NCBI RefSeq assembly: GCF_964204865.1
Contig: NC_135250.1
Span: forward strand, 6,014,001 to 6,078,000
DNA: 64,000 bases
Direction of reading: 5' to 3'
From: Styela clava
Taxonomy: Eukaryota
Shown: positions 40,728 to 53,878 of the stretch, piece after piece
How positions within the stretch are numbered: position 1 is the first letter of the stretch
Layout: each line of letters opens with the position of its first letter
Notes under the pieces: model-generated
What the model was told of the DNA's origin: nothing
Databases searched by the model: none
Seen by the model: the letters and a program-made list of their open reading frames with translations, nothing else
Position numbers and translations under genes: made by a program

Positions 40728-40960
40728 CCTGCTGTTTGATTTTGCTTCCTCAATGACGCTGAATTTATGACCTGCCAACTCGATCGCTGAACAGAGGGTT
40801 ACGAAAATTGAGAAAACTGTGATCGAAATATACGTCCGACTCCCAGAGCATTGCTATGGTTATCGATACCTGAATTCTTTGCTTCGGTCTACTCATCTAT
40901 CTTCTTATTAGGATTTGGCTTATTTTATTTTATAAGGCTCTTTTCTATGCTATCACTGTG
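40728..40960 (-). other. Probable first (5' UTR) exon of the minus-strand gene, containing a 43-codon uORF (40765-40896); upper boundary approximate
   Basis: Sits at the CpG-poor/CpG-rich transition. Donor CAGG|gttggt. uORF MSRPKQRIQVSITIAMLWESDVYFDHSFLNFRNPLFSDRVGRS*. Confidence 0.45.
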
Positions 40961-41260
40961 ACGTAGCCCAAAAATGTGATAAACCTTACTATAACAAGCC
41001 TACGTCGCCGCCTTGGCTGTGTAAAAGACGTTTCAGTGCGCTTCCGCCTTCCGTTCAAATATTTGCCCAACGAGGTCATTGCCGTTAGGTCACGCTTACG
41101 TACTACTGGGAATTGTATTGTGCTATCTCGCTCGGCCAAATTTAAGCATGGGCCGCTCTGATCAAACATGTAAATATTTAATTAACCAAGAAAATGCAAG
41201 CAGTCACGTACGCCATCACATGCATTGCGTTTCCGAACCACGCATGATTAATATATAATG
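40940..41260 (-). promoter_or_regulatory. Putative CpG-rich promoter of the minus-strand gene
   Basis: Local CpG cluster with a TGACGT CRE-like site (~40959), tandem CTTCCG ETS-like sites (41041-41053) and GTCACG motifs, directly upstream of the CpG-poor gene body. Confidence 0.5.
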
Positions 41261-44200
41261 GGTGATTTCACATGAGGTTTTTTTTCGAATTCGCACAGCA
41301 CTAGCTTTTGTCGAAACTCTTTTTGGTCAACAGACAGACAACAGGCATAGACTTCGATAACTAGCCGATAGCTAATGTCCTAATTCAATATATAGGAGTC
41401 TAGCGATGTTAAATAATAGAAAATTTATTACAAGCACGGAGTTAACTGCTAATGTTGACACAATCCAAACGCAACTTCACATTGTGCGGCATGAAATCCG
41501 GCTGTGTGACGACACAATTAAACAAATTTGTCCCGCGTAAAAATCGTTGGACTTCCTACCAGTGCTCGAATCAGATTCCCGCTCCAACTTTTTATAAAAG
41601 TAAATGCGTTATTTATTAGGAATATTGTGCAGACAGTGAGTCATTTGCTGATCCAGGGATTTTCTGGATTCAGCACATCATTTTAATATAATATATTTGC
41701 ATTATGGTCGTCTTTGAACAGCAGACCGTAAATGGAATTTTTTTCCGGGCATAAAATCTCGATTATCGTTCAACTAAGCATGGTCATTTTATTGAAAAAG
41801 TCGTCCAAGTAACAAGTGCAAAATAAAATTTGACTGACATGATGCCTAGGGATGAATAAGCTCATATTAATATTATCGTATTTCTCGGATATTAGTTTCA
41901 TATAAGGGGAGCAAGTATATCGCTGACTAAAATAACGGCTGGTTGCTATTTCAGATAAACGAGATTAAAATCACGATGAGCATATTGAGCAGCGTGTATG
42001 TGAGGGAAATTGCGATGATCTTCTGTAATTTCCAATGTCTTGAAGGTACGGAGAAAAATCTCAACTGGCTAAAACAATTGGCAAGAATAATCATATTTGG
42101 CAGTCAAGGTCACATTAAATTACTTCTTAACGACGGTAGATGGTGAGACGGCATAATCAGCTCACGGCACAGTTCTAAAAATACTAGATTAGGTTACTAT
42201 TTTCATATGCCTTCATAAAAATTGCCAGATACAGATGTTTGATGAATCATTAGTCGAATATAGAATACACGATCGATATTGTACTCTGATCTGATATTTT
42301 ATTAAATTTATTCGAGATAGGGAATTCCTACTACCTCTTATTGATAATTGAATCCGAGCTATAAGAATGATCAATCATTTTTGACCAATCATTTTTTGCA
42401 TGCTATTCCGATTATGGATCCGAAATAAAGCTACATATAAAAATATTTATATTAGGCTATTGAATTCAAATTTCACCTACTAGGATCTAATAACTAGAGC
42501 CACGAGCCCGGCATCAAATTTTCAAAGATTTAGGCAAGTATTCAAAGACGTAAAAGCTTCAGTCTCTATAATTTTCCCCATATGGCATGAAGAACGTTTC
42601 AATTTCTATACTCGACTCAGACTAAACTCCGCATGGTGCCGCTTACTCGTCTACTTTTCATCGACGTAAACCACATCCATGGTATCATTTTTACGTTCAA
42701 CCCTAAAACGCATTATCAGACGTCTGGTCAGCAGTCATTAAACGTCAATTTTGACATTGAAAACGATTTATGGTCATATCACTTTTACAACAGTAAGGAG
42801 GGCAAACATAACGAGTACAAAACTTGACTGGCGCGTGCCTGCCCATCCGTATACCATACTTAATTGACGATAAGGTTTCGAACATATCACTTCCATTCAA
42901 GTTATAGGTGTTGACAAGCAATTGCAGGCAATATTTCTCTCGGTGATATGTGTGAAAGTGGGATTATTGTGTCGTCATGTTATACCAATAGATCAAAGGC
43001 GGAAGTTAGGAAACCCGTATGATTCTCGTTTTCCCAAAGGCTCGAAATGCCGTCCTTCCGGGATGGATAGGTGAGCAGTTTTAAGCTATTCAATCTCAAT
43101 AGGGTCGGACATAAAATTTAGGATTACGTTTTATGAAGAATTTTACATCTTACATTTTATAGACTAAAATTAACCGTATTGATGTATTTATTGGATAGTT
43201 TAAACATATGATATGATCCTGTTTCCTAATTTCGAATTAAGCCATAGTTTCTAGTAAAATATGTTTTGTAAGTAAACAATATTGCTAGATGTATTTCATT
43301 CGTGAACGTAAATGTTAAATTCGTTTTTCGGGAATGCAATGAGTCTACGGCGCCTGTTTTCATTGTACGCTGAACAATACAATATTTATCTGCGCGTAAA
43401 AACAGTCCATACAGCACAAAATTCAAAAGAATTGAAGTGTTTACCTTATACAATATATAGTATAATAGTAGGAATAGGAACAATGTCGCAAACTCTTGCA
43501 GAACGATTGCATATTTACGTGCTACGTGACTAAATTGCTTCTGAGGTGTTTCTGAGTTTAACCCCGCGGCGTTTTAAACGCTGGGTCCTTGTGTTATCTA
43601 ACGTGAACGATTTTACGGTTAGGCTCCGTGACTGCGGTACGGAGGGAAGAGATGTTACAACAAAGTATCCATTTTGAATTATTTGAAAGTGTGAAATTTC
43701 AAATTACGAATTTCCTCCAATCAAAGTAATGTTACTTACCTACAATCGAACATTTAAGACAGAATAATATAATTAATTAAGATGAACATACCGGGTCGGG
43801 AATATTTTCCCTTCTCCTTCGACAGAGAAGCACATGTCAATACAACGCATCTTTCAAGATTACGGTAGTTATTGCCATAAATAAGGAGGGCAAAAATGCC
43901 ACATAACCCGGTCAAAGAGCGACTGTCGACTGCAGCTTAGAGATCGAATACTGTTACCTTCAGAAAAAAATATTATTGCTTTTTTGTACTCATTCTTGCT
44001 CTAATTTCTGTCGAATTTCAAATTCTCCTCTATTACTATTAGTCAAACTATAGATGATAGGTTAATCAGGATTATAGTTATGTGAACATATGCCTATTTT
44101 TATTAATACCGAAAAAATTTGACAATATTACACTAAACGGACATATTGAGTCCGAAGTGAGATGACGATAATCACATCATATCAAGAAATATTCAATAGC

Positions 44201-46351
44201 TTTGAACTGCCTGGCCTACATGCGTTTTCTGGTAATATTCTGCATTCTTGCTACATTCTTATTTGTTACACTAACCCTTCTATGATATTTTATTTGTGCG
44301 ACGTGAATGCATTGACGTCGATTTGCGGTATTGTAGTTTATTTGTTTAATTACTCAATGTTCTTAGTGACGGCTTAATCCGTATTTGAGTGAGGTCAGGT
44401 TCGTGCATTTCAATTTTGATGTGGGATTGGGAAGAAAGATACATGATAACTTTAACATAACAATAATAAACAGCAGTATATATGTGAAAAAATGTACTGT
44501 ATATTGATATCGAGATAAACTGGACGGACAGACAGGCAAGTTGTATTGTATCGCTCCAAATAAGTTTATAGATACATAAATTTAAGCTTACGTGCACATC
44601 GAATACAAGGCAAAATCTTGGAAAATAAACACAACTACGGTAAATACGAGATAAACTGGACAGAACGTACGAACAATATTGTCGACAGAATAAAATGTTT
44701 CACTCCTAGCAAATCAAATACTATAAAACTGAAACTGCTGTAACCCAAGGTTAAAATTAAGACACAGGACATAAGTCGGTAGTTGTTCAGCGAATAAAAT
44801 ATACGAAATAATACAATGTCTCAGTCCTAAATTTCACGCATATGACCGGATAGCGAATACAAGGTCAATATACTACAACAATGGAGATAGAAGTGGTGAA
44901 CTGACAGACACACGGTATTACTGACGGATTAGAAAGATTATTCAACGAATACTGAACACAAATTAAATATAAATTTATCATATATACTATCTTTTTAACC
45001 AATAGAGTAACTACGCCCAAAATTAAAATGTACACTGATACACACACAACACGTTTAAAACATTAGCTATGTATCATATTTATGAGATGTTCAGGGCCTA
45101 AGGGCGACTTAGATTTCAACGCATAGATTTCAAGCATAGATAAATAAACGATAACATCCATTATACAATATCACCATCAAGAGTTCTTAAAGATTTTTTA
45201 CAGCAAAATATATAAGCCATTAATCATGTCGGATTTTGTCTAACCTAGCTCAGAAGAAAGTGAAATCCAATGATACGCAAACGATACAGCGAGTCTGTAC
45301 ACGAATCTACACACAAATAACAAGATCCCATTCAGTGAGCAAAACAAGTAAACACATTTTATGTGCATTTGTTATGAGCCATAAAATAAATCAGACATGT
45401 CTGTTGCTGCAATCAGGTTAACAGGAGCTCAGTGTACAAACTAATAAAATTTGTAACAGTGTGTAAGGTTCTGCAGATGTTACAAGTACAAGTTGCGTGT
45501 GCAAAGCTATAAAGTCGACGTCGACGCGAAGTCTTCAAATCTTTATGACAACTGACCGTTACAGGGTATCATAATCTAATCCTTTTAATACCTTCTCAAC
45601 GCCAACTTTTCAATATTACACCAACAACTTCGACAATACCATTCTCTGATCGAAATACTACTCAATTTTGACAGGGTATCTCATGGTCCTCCTTCAATGA
45701 ACTTATTATAAAATTAGTGATCACAAAAATTCTGGGAACAAATCTCGGCTGAAAATTTCGCCTTTCAGTCGCAGAATAAATATTTGCATATAAATGTGAA
45801 CACAGGGCAAGTAAACATGAGAAGACTTCAAAAAAGCTTTTATTGCGACTAACATTCTTATTTAAAATGAATCTATGGAGCACCCGCCCATGCACGATCG
45901 GTTAATCATAGTCCAAAATTCTCACCGCCCATCTGTGGTCAAATATTCCAGCACAACAGAGACGAGTGCACAATTTTCATTCAATAAATTCTATCTAGAT
46001 GCAGATAAGCCATTGTACATAAAAAGATCTGAAAATGTAGAGCGAGGCGGTTTATTCGCGCTCAGAAAAGACATTTTGAACGACGCAAAAAGAGCAAATT
46101 ATATGAACGTAATATGAATACAAAGTATATCAGAATCGGCGATTATGATCTGTTTGTTGGGTTCACATAGAAACGTTTAATACAGATAAACTATACGCTT
46201 AAGAGATATGAATCCTAAATTCAGTTTACAAAGTGTGTTTAATCTACTGTTGGACAGGTCGAAAGCCGGGGAGAAATACTTTTGACACAATTAAACATCT
46301 AAGACTAAAATATATAAACTCTGGGCATCAAGATTGGTTTGTCAGATATTG

Positions 46352-46455
46352 CATACCCACACCCGGACTAGTAACTGAACGATGATTGAAACTGAAACTG
46401 TGATTTGTCTAATGATTAATTCGTCTTATCGGCTTTCCTTTCCCCCTATGATCAA
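46352..46455 (+). mobile_element. SINE/LINE 3'-tail family copy (diverged)
   Basis: catacccacacccggactagtaactgaacg...cgtcttatcggctttcct. Confidence 0.55.
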
Positions 46456-49400
46456 TATTAAAATACTATTTCAAAAATTCCATTTCGTGACCCTGCTTGA
46501 CTACATAATTTCGAACACCTTAGTTCTTCCTCATGTAATTTATATCCGTATATAAATTTCTCTTCGTTTCCCTGACTTTTTAAACTTGACATGATGCAAA
46601 GCTTCTACGACATCTCTATTAAAACATTAATGCAATAAATCTAATTGTAGCTACTAGAACGTCAGCGGTCGATTACGACTATATCAAATCAGGAATCTTC
46701 CAGCTTTTAAGTGCGAGTTCACGTGCAGTTGGGATCAAAATTCCGATTACTTTAAAATTACGTTTTTAATGATAAAAACAACTAGTAGCGTCTATATTTA
46801 AGTATATGAATACCCAATTCCAAATAATAAACCGCTCCCCTATAAACAAATTCATTCACTACACCCGAATGCACCATGTCAATAATGCATTTAAACCAAG
46901 AAAAAATCAGGAATACCTGTGGGTTACTAACCTAACACCCGTGGGTCACAAAAACTAAATATAATTCGAAAACTAAATTTTCGAGGCGTTAATCTATACA
47001 AACACGGGTGATCCATTCAACCACAGTGTATTTAGCACTAGGCATGCGAGTTCTGTATTTCAGTGAGTCAGGAACGAAATTTGTCTATTGCATTGTCTTC
47101 AAGGGGAGATATTCAACTCGGCCAAGTATAGGCAGCGTATAGTGAAGTAGTACTCAAGTATATTTTATCTCCGGCCTTCTGATATGAGAGAAAATCTTGA
47201 CACGGAAAAGGTATACATTGCAATCCAAACGCAGGGGTGCTCAACCAGGTCTATAAACTCATCCGTCACACTTTGAAGTGAAAGGCGCCTCAGCGGAGGG
47301 CGCAACGAGAATGAAGAGAAAGAAAAACATAAGATCTTGGGGTTCGGCCAAATCGGTAAATAATAAAGTATAATAAAGCCTTATACATCGCGCCAAGCAT
47401 GGGTTGAACCTAAATTCAAATTTGATAAATACTCTTCTGAAATAATATAATGCCCATTTCCCCCATGCCATCATTAATCAATTGCGGTACCAGAACAAGG
47501 GCTTAAAATGTTTTCTTCTTATTGTATGCGACAAACGGAGTAAATCATCCGTAAATACCCGTTAGAAGTTAACTTTTCTGGCATCATAATTTAGACTTAA
47601 AGTAACGTGATTATTTCTACATGTACTTATGACATCGATAATGTGATTTATTGCGGTAATAGTACCGCACCCAGGATAAGATCCCCAAATTTATGACGTG
47701 GACAGGAAAGTCGTTAATAAGACCTGATCATCTGGAGAACATTTGTATCTCGTCCAATTACCAGTCCCGGTTCGGTATGGAAATATTTAATTTTCCAGTT
47801 CCTTGTTCAAGTCGGATCTTGCTTGACATTCTGTGAAAATTTTCCGTCCGCTAAATGCACATTGTTTATCAAAACACGTGTTTCGCCGAATATTCACTTA
47901 CTCCGCGAAAGGATATATTAACTGTGGCGAACGTTTTCTGCCAACTTTCTCATTCGTTGGGAAATAACTCACACTGATCGTATTGGATATGGGTTCAACG
48001 TGAATGACAGCATCCGCGGACCATAAATAACAATTGCAAGTCGACCATACATGATTGTTAGGAAATGTACAATCCTTTAAGTTTAGTCGAAAAACGTTCA
48101 GAAATTGCAAAAAATATCAATTAAAGACTATTTAGTGGATATGAACCGTTGCGCCCTCCAGCACCACAAAAAATTCACCTACAATAACGGTCGATTCACG
48201 CTAATAATTCAGATAAAATTCCAGTTAAATATGATACTTTCTTTTAATAGCGTAACGGCCAATATGATTATCTGGCGAAAATCCAAGTTGTAAAGGTTAT
48301 TTAATTATAGTCACGATGTGGTGAAGAGAGTCGACAGCAAACGTCTCGATAATCGCTACACTGTAAACAATATCAGCAAAATGAGAAGAAACACCGCGCA
48401 AATATAACTCAATTTTATCAGTTAAACAGAGTCAATTCTCATTTTTCACGAGGAAATGGAAGTATATGAGGTAACCAAGGGAAGCAAAAATTATAAAAAC
48501 AGTGGTATCAATCCACTGGGGAGTCAGCCCACCATTGTGATAACAAGTTTATTTTAAAACTGGTACGATTTCACAATTTGTCAGAAAACAAATGAAGTGA
48601 GAAATGCATTCATTTTTTAATACGGAAATAAACTCGAACGAGGCTACATCTGCACCCATACACAAATAAAATATTCTCTCACAGTTCTATAAACTTCCGT
48701 GAAATTAGATTTTCTAAAGAAGCGTATAATGTTTTTTTGTGACAATAAAACCAATTCTCAGAGAAGGCGGAGGAAATAATGATTTAATAAAATATTCTCT
48801 CGATAGTGACGGTAAAATTTTATTGCATGTAAAAATTGAAGTTATCAAAGCACAATACGAAATATGATATTTTCATGTAGAGTAAGGGAATATTGTTTTT
48901 GAAAAAAGCTCATCATTTAGTAAAAATGGCAGCCACTTACTGGGTCGAATTATAAACATTTTGTTACATTACTTCACGAGACATAAAACATCGCCATTGC
49001 TTGACATTCTCAGAAGCAGCAATCATGAAAAAAAAAATTTGTAATAGGTAAATTTGTGACATTTTCAATATCAATAGAAAAATTGTCCGGTGTGGTATCG
49101 CAATAAATTGTATTTTAAAAGTATATCTACAAAGAAGACCTGCGGGTTCACAGTGTAATATCACGACAGGACAGACCGTGTCTAGTCGAGTGTCATTTGC
49201 AAATGTCAAACGACATCAACATTTTGGTTTGAAAATTTATCCTAATTAAAAGTGCGTTATTCCAACTACGGGCCATGGTTGGTAAACATACACGGCCATT
49301 CCAGGGGACGTTTAGTAATTTGGCTTATCAATCTAAAACCACAATTTAACCGCTGGTTGGGTCTTCTTCCATAGTGATTCGCCCTTTATTGAATACTACT

Positions 49401-49568
49401 GAAAGACACGTTATTAGTTGTATGGAATGTGTGTACTTTGATGACATTGCCGGACGTGATAACGCTGTTAAACTAAGAGAACCAGAAATCAAATTATCTT
49501 GGCACTTGGCATCTATCATGACAAGTTCAGTCTGATATTTATTGACCGATGGTACATAGTTGAAAACA

Positions 49569-49755
49569 GGTGACGGTACATTTGAAACCATGTGTATATC
49601 CGCGGGTTCAATCTATATGCGGGTGCTAAAACCCATGGGTTGGGTTAGTATGGGTTCAAATATCCGTAAAACAAAAAAAGTTTCCATAGGTGCAGTAGTA
49701 TGCAGGTGCAATTGTCGTGGGTTCAAATGTACGTGGGTTCAAATGTAATGGAACC
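49569..49755. mobile_element. MITE with 9-bp TSD TTGAAAACA (MULE- or Merlin-like)
   Basis: Termini GGTGACGGTACATTTGAAACC / GGGTTCAAATGTAATGGAACC. Perfect 9-bp flanks at 49560-49568 and 49756-49764; internal GGGTTCAA repeats. Confidence 0.8.
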
Positions 49756-51145
49756 TTGAAAACATGATGAGTAAATTTTCTTGATTTTACTCGGATTGAA
49801 TGGCATCTATAATGCTATGGATGAGACACCTGGGCATGATTGCAATAAATACTAGTGTAAACCAAATTTTGATAATAGCAACAAACAAAACAGCCATGAC
49901 TCTGAACCAATGATTGAGTTAGCCATTCCCCTACTGAAACTGGCCTCGAAACTAAGCCAGAGGCAACATTCCACTCTATAGGTATGGGCAGTCTTGAGTC
50001 CCTGTTTCCCCTAAACAATGAACTTAGAAAATCTTCTTCTATTCTATTTCAGATCATCTAATCTGCACTATCACAAACTTGAAAAATACAAAATAATATC
50101 CGTTACAAACACTGACAAAAGTATTTTCATGATTTCCATCAGGATGTTTCTTATTTCAGTGCTAAATAGTGCGTAAGGACTGTGCAAAATTTGAAGGTAG
50201 AGCTAATTGTATTTTATTATTATTTTCCTGGTGCTTCGTAGCACGCTACTCTATTTTATTTAACTGAGTAAATTGTGAAACAAAATACAGTACAATTGCT
50301 GAATATTATACTGCTCAAATGTGAACATATATACGTCCAGTTTTCGAATCTTAAGTTTGCTCAGCATTACTTCAAATCTTGTGTATGTAAACTAAATGTT
50401 GTTAGGTCAGTCAGTGGTCACATCCTATAGTAATCCGCGTCTCTAAACCTACAGTCTCTGAAGTGCGCAAATCAAGAGTCTTGATCTGAATCTGAAGTCA
50501 AGTACTACTGGCAGCGGGATGATGACAAGCCCCGAGTCATTTTATTCAGATGATTTGCGCCTATAATGAAGGGTGAGTCGAGTCAATAACTGAACCCTCT
50601 TTAACGCTGATACATACCGGATACATTACTTTATATCTATAAATGTGTTCATGTAAGCCTCAAGCCCTTAACTAAATCCTGATCATTTTTCTAACAGTCA
50701 CCATCCATTATAAATGTGCGTTTTGTCTATGGCAACAGACCAACTGCACCACGGTGAAGCGATTACTGATTATGATGGAATTATAAATTTGATAAATGTA
50801 AGAAACAAAGTCCATGTTAGTACTCAAGTAGAAGGAGAAAAGATAGTAACCCCGAAAGTTGCTGTATTTTATATGAAACCTACTTATGTTGAAGCTCAAA
50901 ATTACCAAAGACAGCTCTTAATTACCTAGTTGATAACCTCCAGCTGTTGAAAGATTTGTTTAACAAAAAACTTCCCACTCGATTAAAAATGATGCAATGT
51001 CATAAAAAGTAAATTAGAACTTGAACTACATATTCAAAAAGTTTAATCCATCCTGGAGTGCTTTTTAAAAGTAATTGAAACTATTTCTACATAACGCTAA
51101 AATATCACTTGACCTTTGGTATAAAATTAAAGTAAGTGATAATCA

Positions 51146-51290
51146 TGATAGGATAGGATTTACATATTTATCCCGGGGGAGAGGAAAGCCGATAAGACAG
51201 CTTATCCATATGGCGAAACACGGCCTCTCGTCCGGTTATCATTCCAAGTCGGGTATGGGATTAGTTATATTGTTTGTTTTCGGAAGCATG
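51146..51290 (-). mobile_element. Best-preserved SINE/LINE 3'-tail copy, ending in an (ATCCT)n tail
   Basis: Minus strand ends ...cggctttcctctcccccgggataaatatgtaaatcctatcctatc; short tandem-repeat tails are typical of retroposon 3' ends. Confidence 0.7.
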
Positions 51291-52509
51291 GAAATTATAA
51301 TGTGCGTTCCAGGGTAATTTCCACTGAAGGATAACTATATTCATTGAGACATATTCAAGTCAAAAGCCATTCTTATCAGTGAGCACCAAGACAGATAATT
51401 CAAAAATATAGTTTAGTATACAGTACCTACTTTGTTATGGTTCTACTAACTTGATAAAGCCACAATGTAGTGTGATTTACCAGTGATGGCATGCACTAAT
51501 CATTTCTGCATTTTGACCTATTACAGCATTACAGAATAGATGTGCACAGAACTTGGTTCTAACAAAATAGTCGAAAAGTTATATGATTACTGGAGTAACT
51601 AACAGCAATCACAGTGCAGACTACTGCCTGATCTTTAAAAATAATTTTGACATTTAAAATTTTACAAATTTGAAATACAAATATTATACAATAGATAAAC
51701 AATACAATCAGTCTGATAGTTTACAACCTACAGACCCAGGATTCAGAAAATTCCAAACAAATCAGACAAGTGTCAGAGTGTGGTACCAGTACCGCACCAT
51801 GCTATAAAATGTCACAATTCAGCAATTATTGAAATTAACCTGAGAAACTTTGAGCTTTTCACTTACACACAATTATGTACGTATACAGTCTAACTGCCTA
51901 CCGGTATGTAGCCCACAAATAAAAAGGAATGATATTCTTCTATAGCCTCTGGCATAAAACAATATTTCTACCATCCGAAATTTCCTTTATTCTCATCAGT
52001 TCTTCATGCTTCATACTTCTGTATATACTTCTGTATATACCGGTACACATGATAAACCATATATACCTTACAGATACAGGAATGAAAAAACGTTCCTGAA
52101 AAACTAACTTTCCCAACTTGCAGTAAAGACAATGAAACAGTAGAAGGGGGCTAAACGGCATCTCAAGTTCATAACTCAGTGGTCACCCATGCCTTTTACT
52201 CTATAACTTACCCAAGACTTTATACAAACTCTTTATACAGTTATATCGCTTTACCATCTCAACATTCTGGCCTTACTGTTCCCGAGATCAACACCGCTGG
52301 GTTGGTTACCCTGGCCGCCAATTCCCAGCATTCAATTCTGCAAGAAGATATATCGTAAACCTAATTCTGTCACTAATGCAACACGATGTCATATGCAGCG
52401 CGGATGTCATGAGATCATCGAGATGGGCTTTTGGTTTATTTATTATACAAACTAATGTTCCTGATCAGAATTTTGTTATTTATATGTTCCCACGAGTCCC
52501 AAGATTTTT

Positions 52510-53307
52510 GGACACGTAGTGGACATAGCGATCGTTTCAATATTATGTTGTTGTTGTTGGACACGTAGTGGACATAACGATCGTTTCAATATTATGTTGT
52601 TGTTGTTCTTGTTCTTGTTATCCTTGTTGTTGTTCTTTGACACGTTTTTAAAAAGTCGCTTTTCTCTTCGAATACTGGACCAATTGCTTTGAAATTTTCA
52701 GTGGTTGAAGATAAAATTTTTCTCCAGAAGGCTATTACTTTTTTTTCCGCTATGACGTCATCAAAATTATTGCCATTGGGTGGCGCTACGTGTCCATATA
52801 TTTGAGCATAGCTCTCTTGTTGGACACGTAGTGGACATAACGATCGTTTCAATATTATGTTGTTGTTGTTCTTGTTCTTGTTCTTGTTGTCCTTGTTGTT
52901 GTTCTTGTTCTTTGACACGTTTTTAAAAAGTCGCTTTTCTCTTCGAATACTGGACCAATTGCTTTGAAATTTTCAGTGGTTGAAGATAAAATTTTTCTCC
53001 AGAAGGCTATTACTTTTTTTTTCGCTATGACGTCATCAAAATTATTGCCATTGGGTGGCGCTACGTGTCCATATATTTGAGCATAGCTCTCTTGTTCTTA
53101 TTGTTGTTGTTCCTAGTGTCCTTGTTCTTTGACACGTTTTGAAGAAATCGCCTTTCCCTTCGAATACTGGACCAATTGCTTTGAAATTTTCAGTGGTTGA
53201 AGATAAAATTTTTCTCCAGAAGGCTATTACTTTTTTGCTATGACGTCATCAAAATTATCCCCACTGGGTAGCGCTACGTGTCCATATATTTGAGCATAGC
53301 TTTCTTG
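52510..53307 (+). mobile_element. Head-to-tail array of three DINE-1-like HINE family-A units (52510-52819, 52822-53094, 5'-truncated 53097-53307)
   Basis: TT target; subTIR TGGACACGTAG / CTACGTGTCCA; (TTG/TTC)n microsatellite; 3' hairpin GAGC-ATA-GCTC and terminus ATAGCTCTCTTG|TT; junction CTCTTG-TT-GGACAC. Confidence 0.88.
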
Positions 53308-53386
53308 TTTTATTTCGAAATCTTACTTCGGAAAACAAAAACACTATACATTCAACGGTATTTCAGTCCAACTTTGATTACGTTTA

Positions 53387-53878
53387 TTTATTATAGGTTC
53401 CCCATATTGGAATTTTTTTAATTTTCAATATTTTTTGCATTACAACGATAATGTCTTGCTCTATCAAAATAATCGATAAAGTATTTTTAAAACTTGCTGT
53501 AAACGAGTACCGAAAATTGCATATATCACCCCAAAAATGTTTTTTGATAATTTATTATATGTTCCCGGAATTGGAATTTTTTTAAATTTTAATATTTTTT
53601 GCATTACATCAATAAAGTCTCGCTCTGGGAAAATAATCGTTCAAGTATGTTTCAAACTTGCCGTAAACGACTACCGAAAATTGCCGAAATATATCACCCT
53701 AAAAATGGTTTTTGCTAATTTATTATATGTTCCCCAAATTGAAATTTTTTTAAATTTTGATATTTTTTGCATTACATTATTAAAGTCTTGCTTTAGAAAA
53801 TAATCGATAAAGTATGTTTCAAACTTGCCGAAAACGACTACTGAAAATCGCATATGTCACCCCAAAAAGGGTTTGTTG
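53387..53878 (+). repeat. Three tandem units of about 164-168 bp
   Basis: Units start tttattata(g/t)gttccc at 53387, 53551 and 53719; about 1.4 more units are inverted at 60622-60851. Confidence 0.9.

Noticed and set aside
45875-46117. LINE apurinic-endonuclease relic (TTET...RSENVERGGLFALRKDI)
   Set aside because: Only a loose likeness to the ETW and RGGGV motifs; a profile search would be needed.
25137-47410. Single hAT-like ends at about 25137, 26547, 34703 and 47232 as complete elements
   Set aside because: No matching opposite TIR or TSD was found, so they are treated as fragments.
51728-51801. RING-finger start (DTCLICLEF) in a minus-strand exon-like segment
   Set aside because: No following C-x-H / H-x2-C ligands were found in any compatible downstream segment.
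52592-52918. 108-aa N/K/T-rich ORF
   Set aside because: It is the translation of the HINE microsatellite and core on the minus strand.
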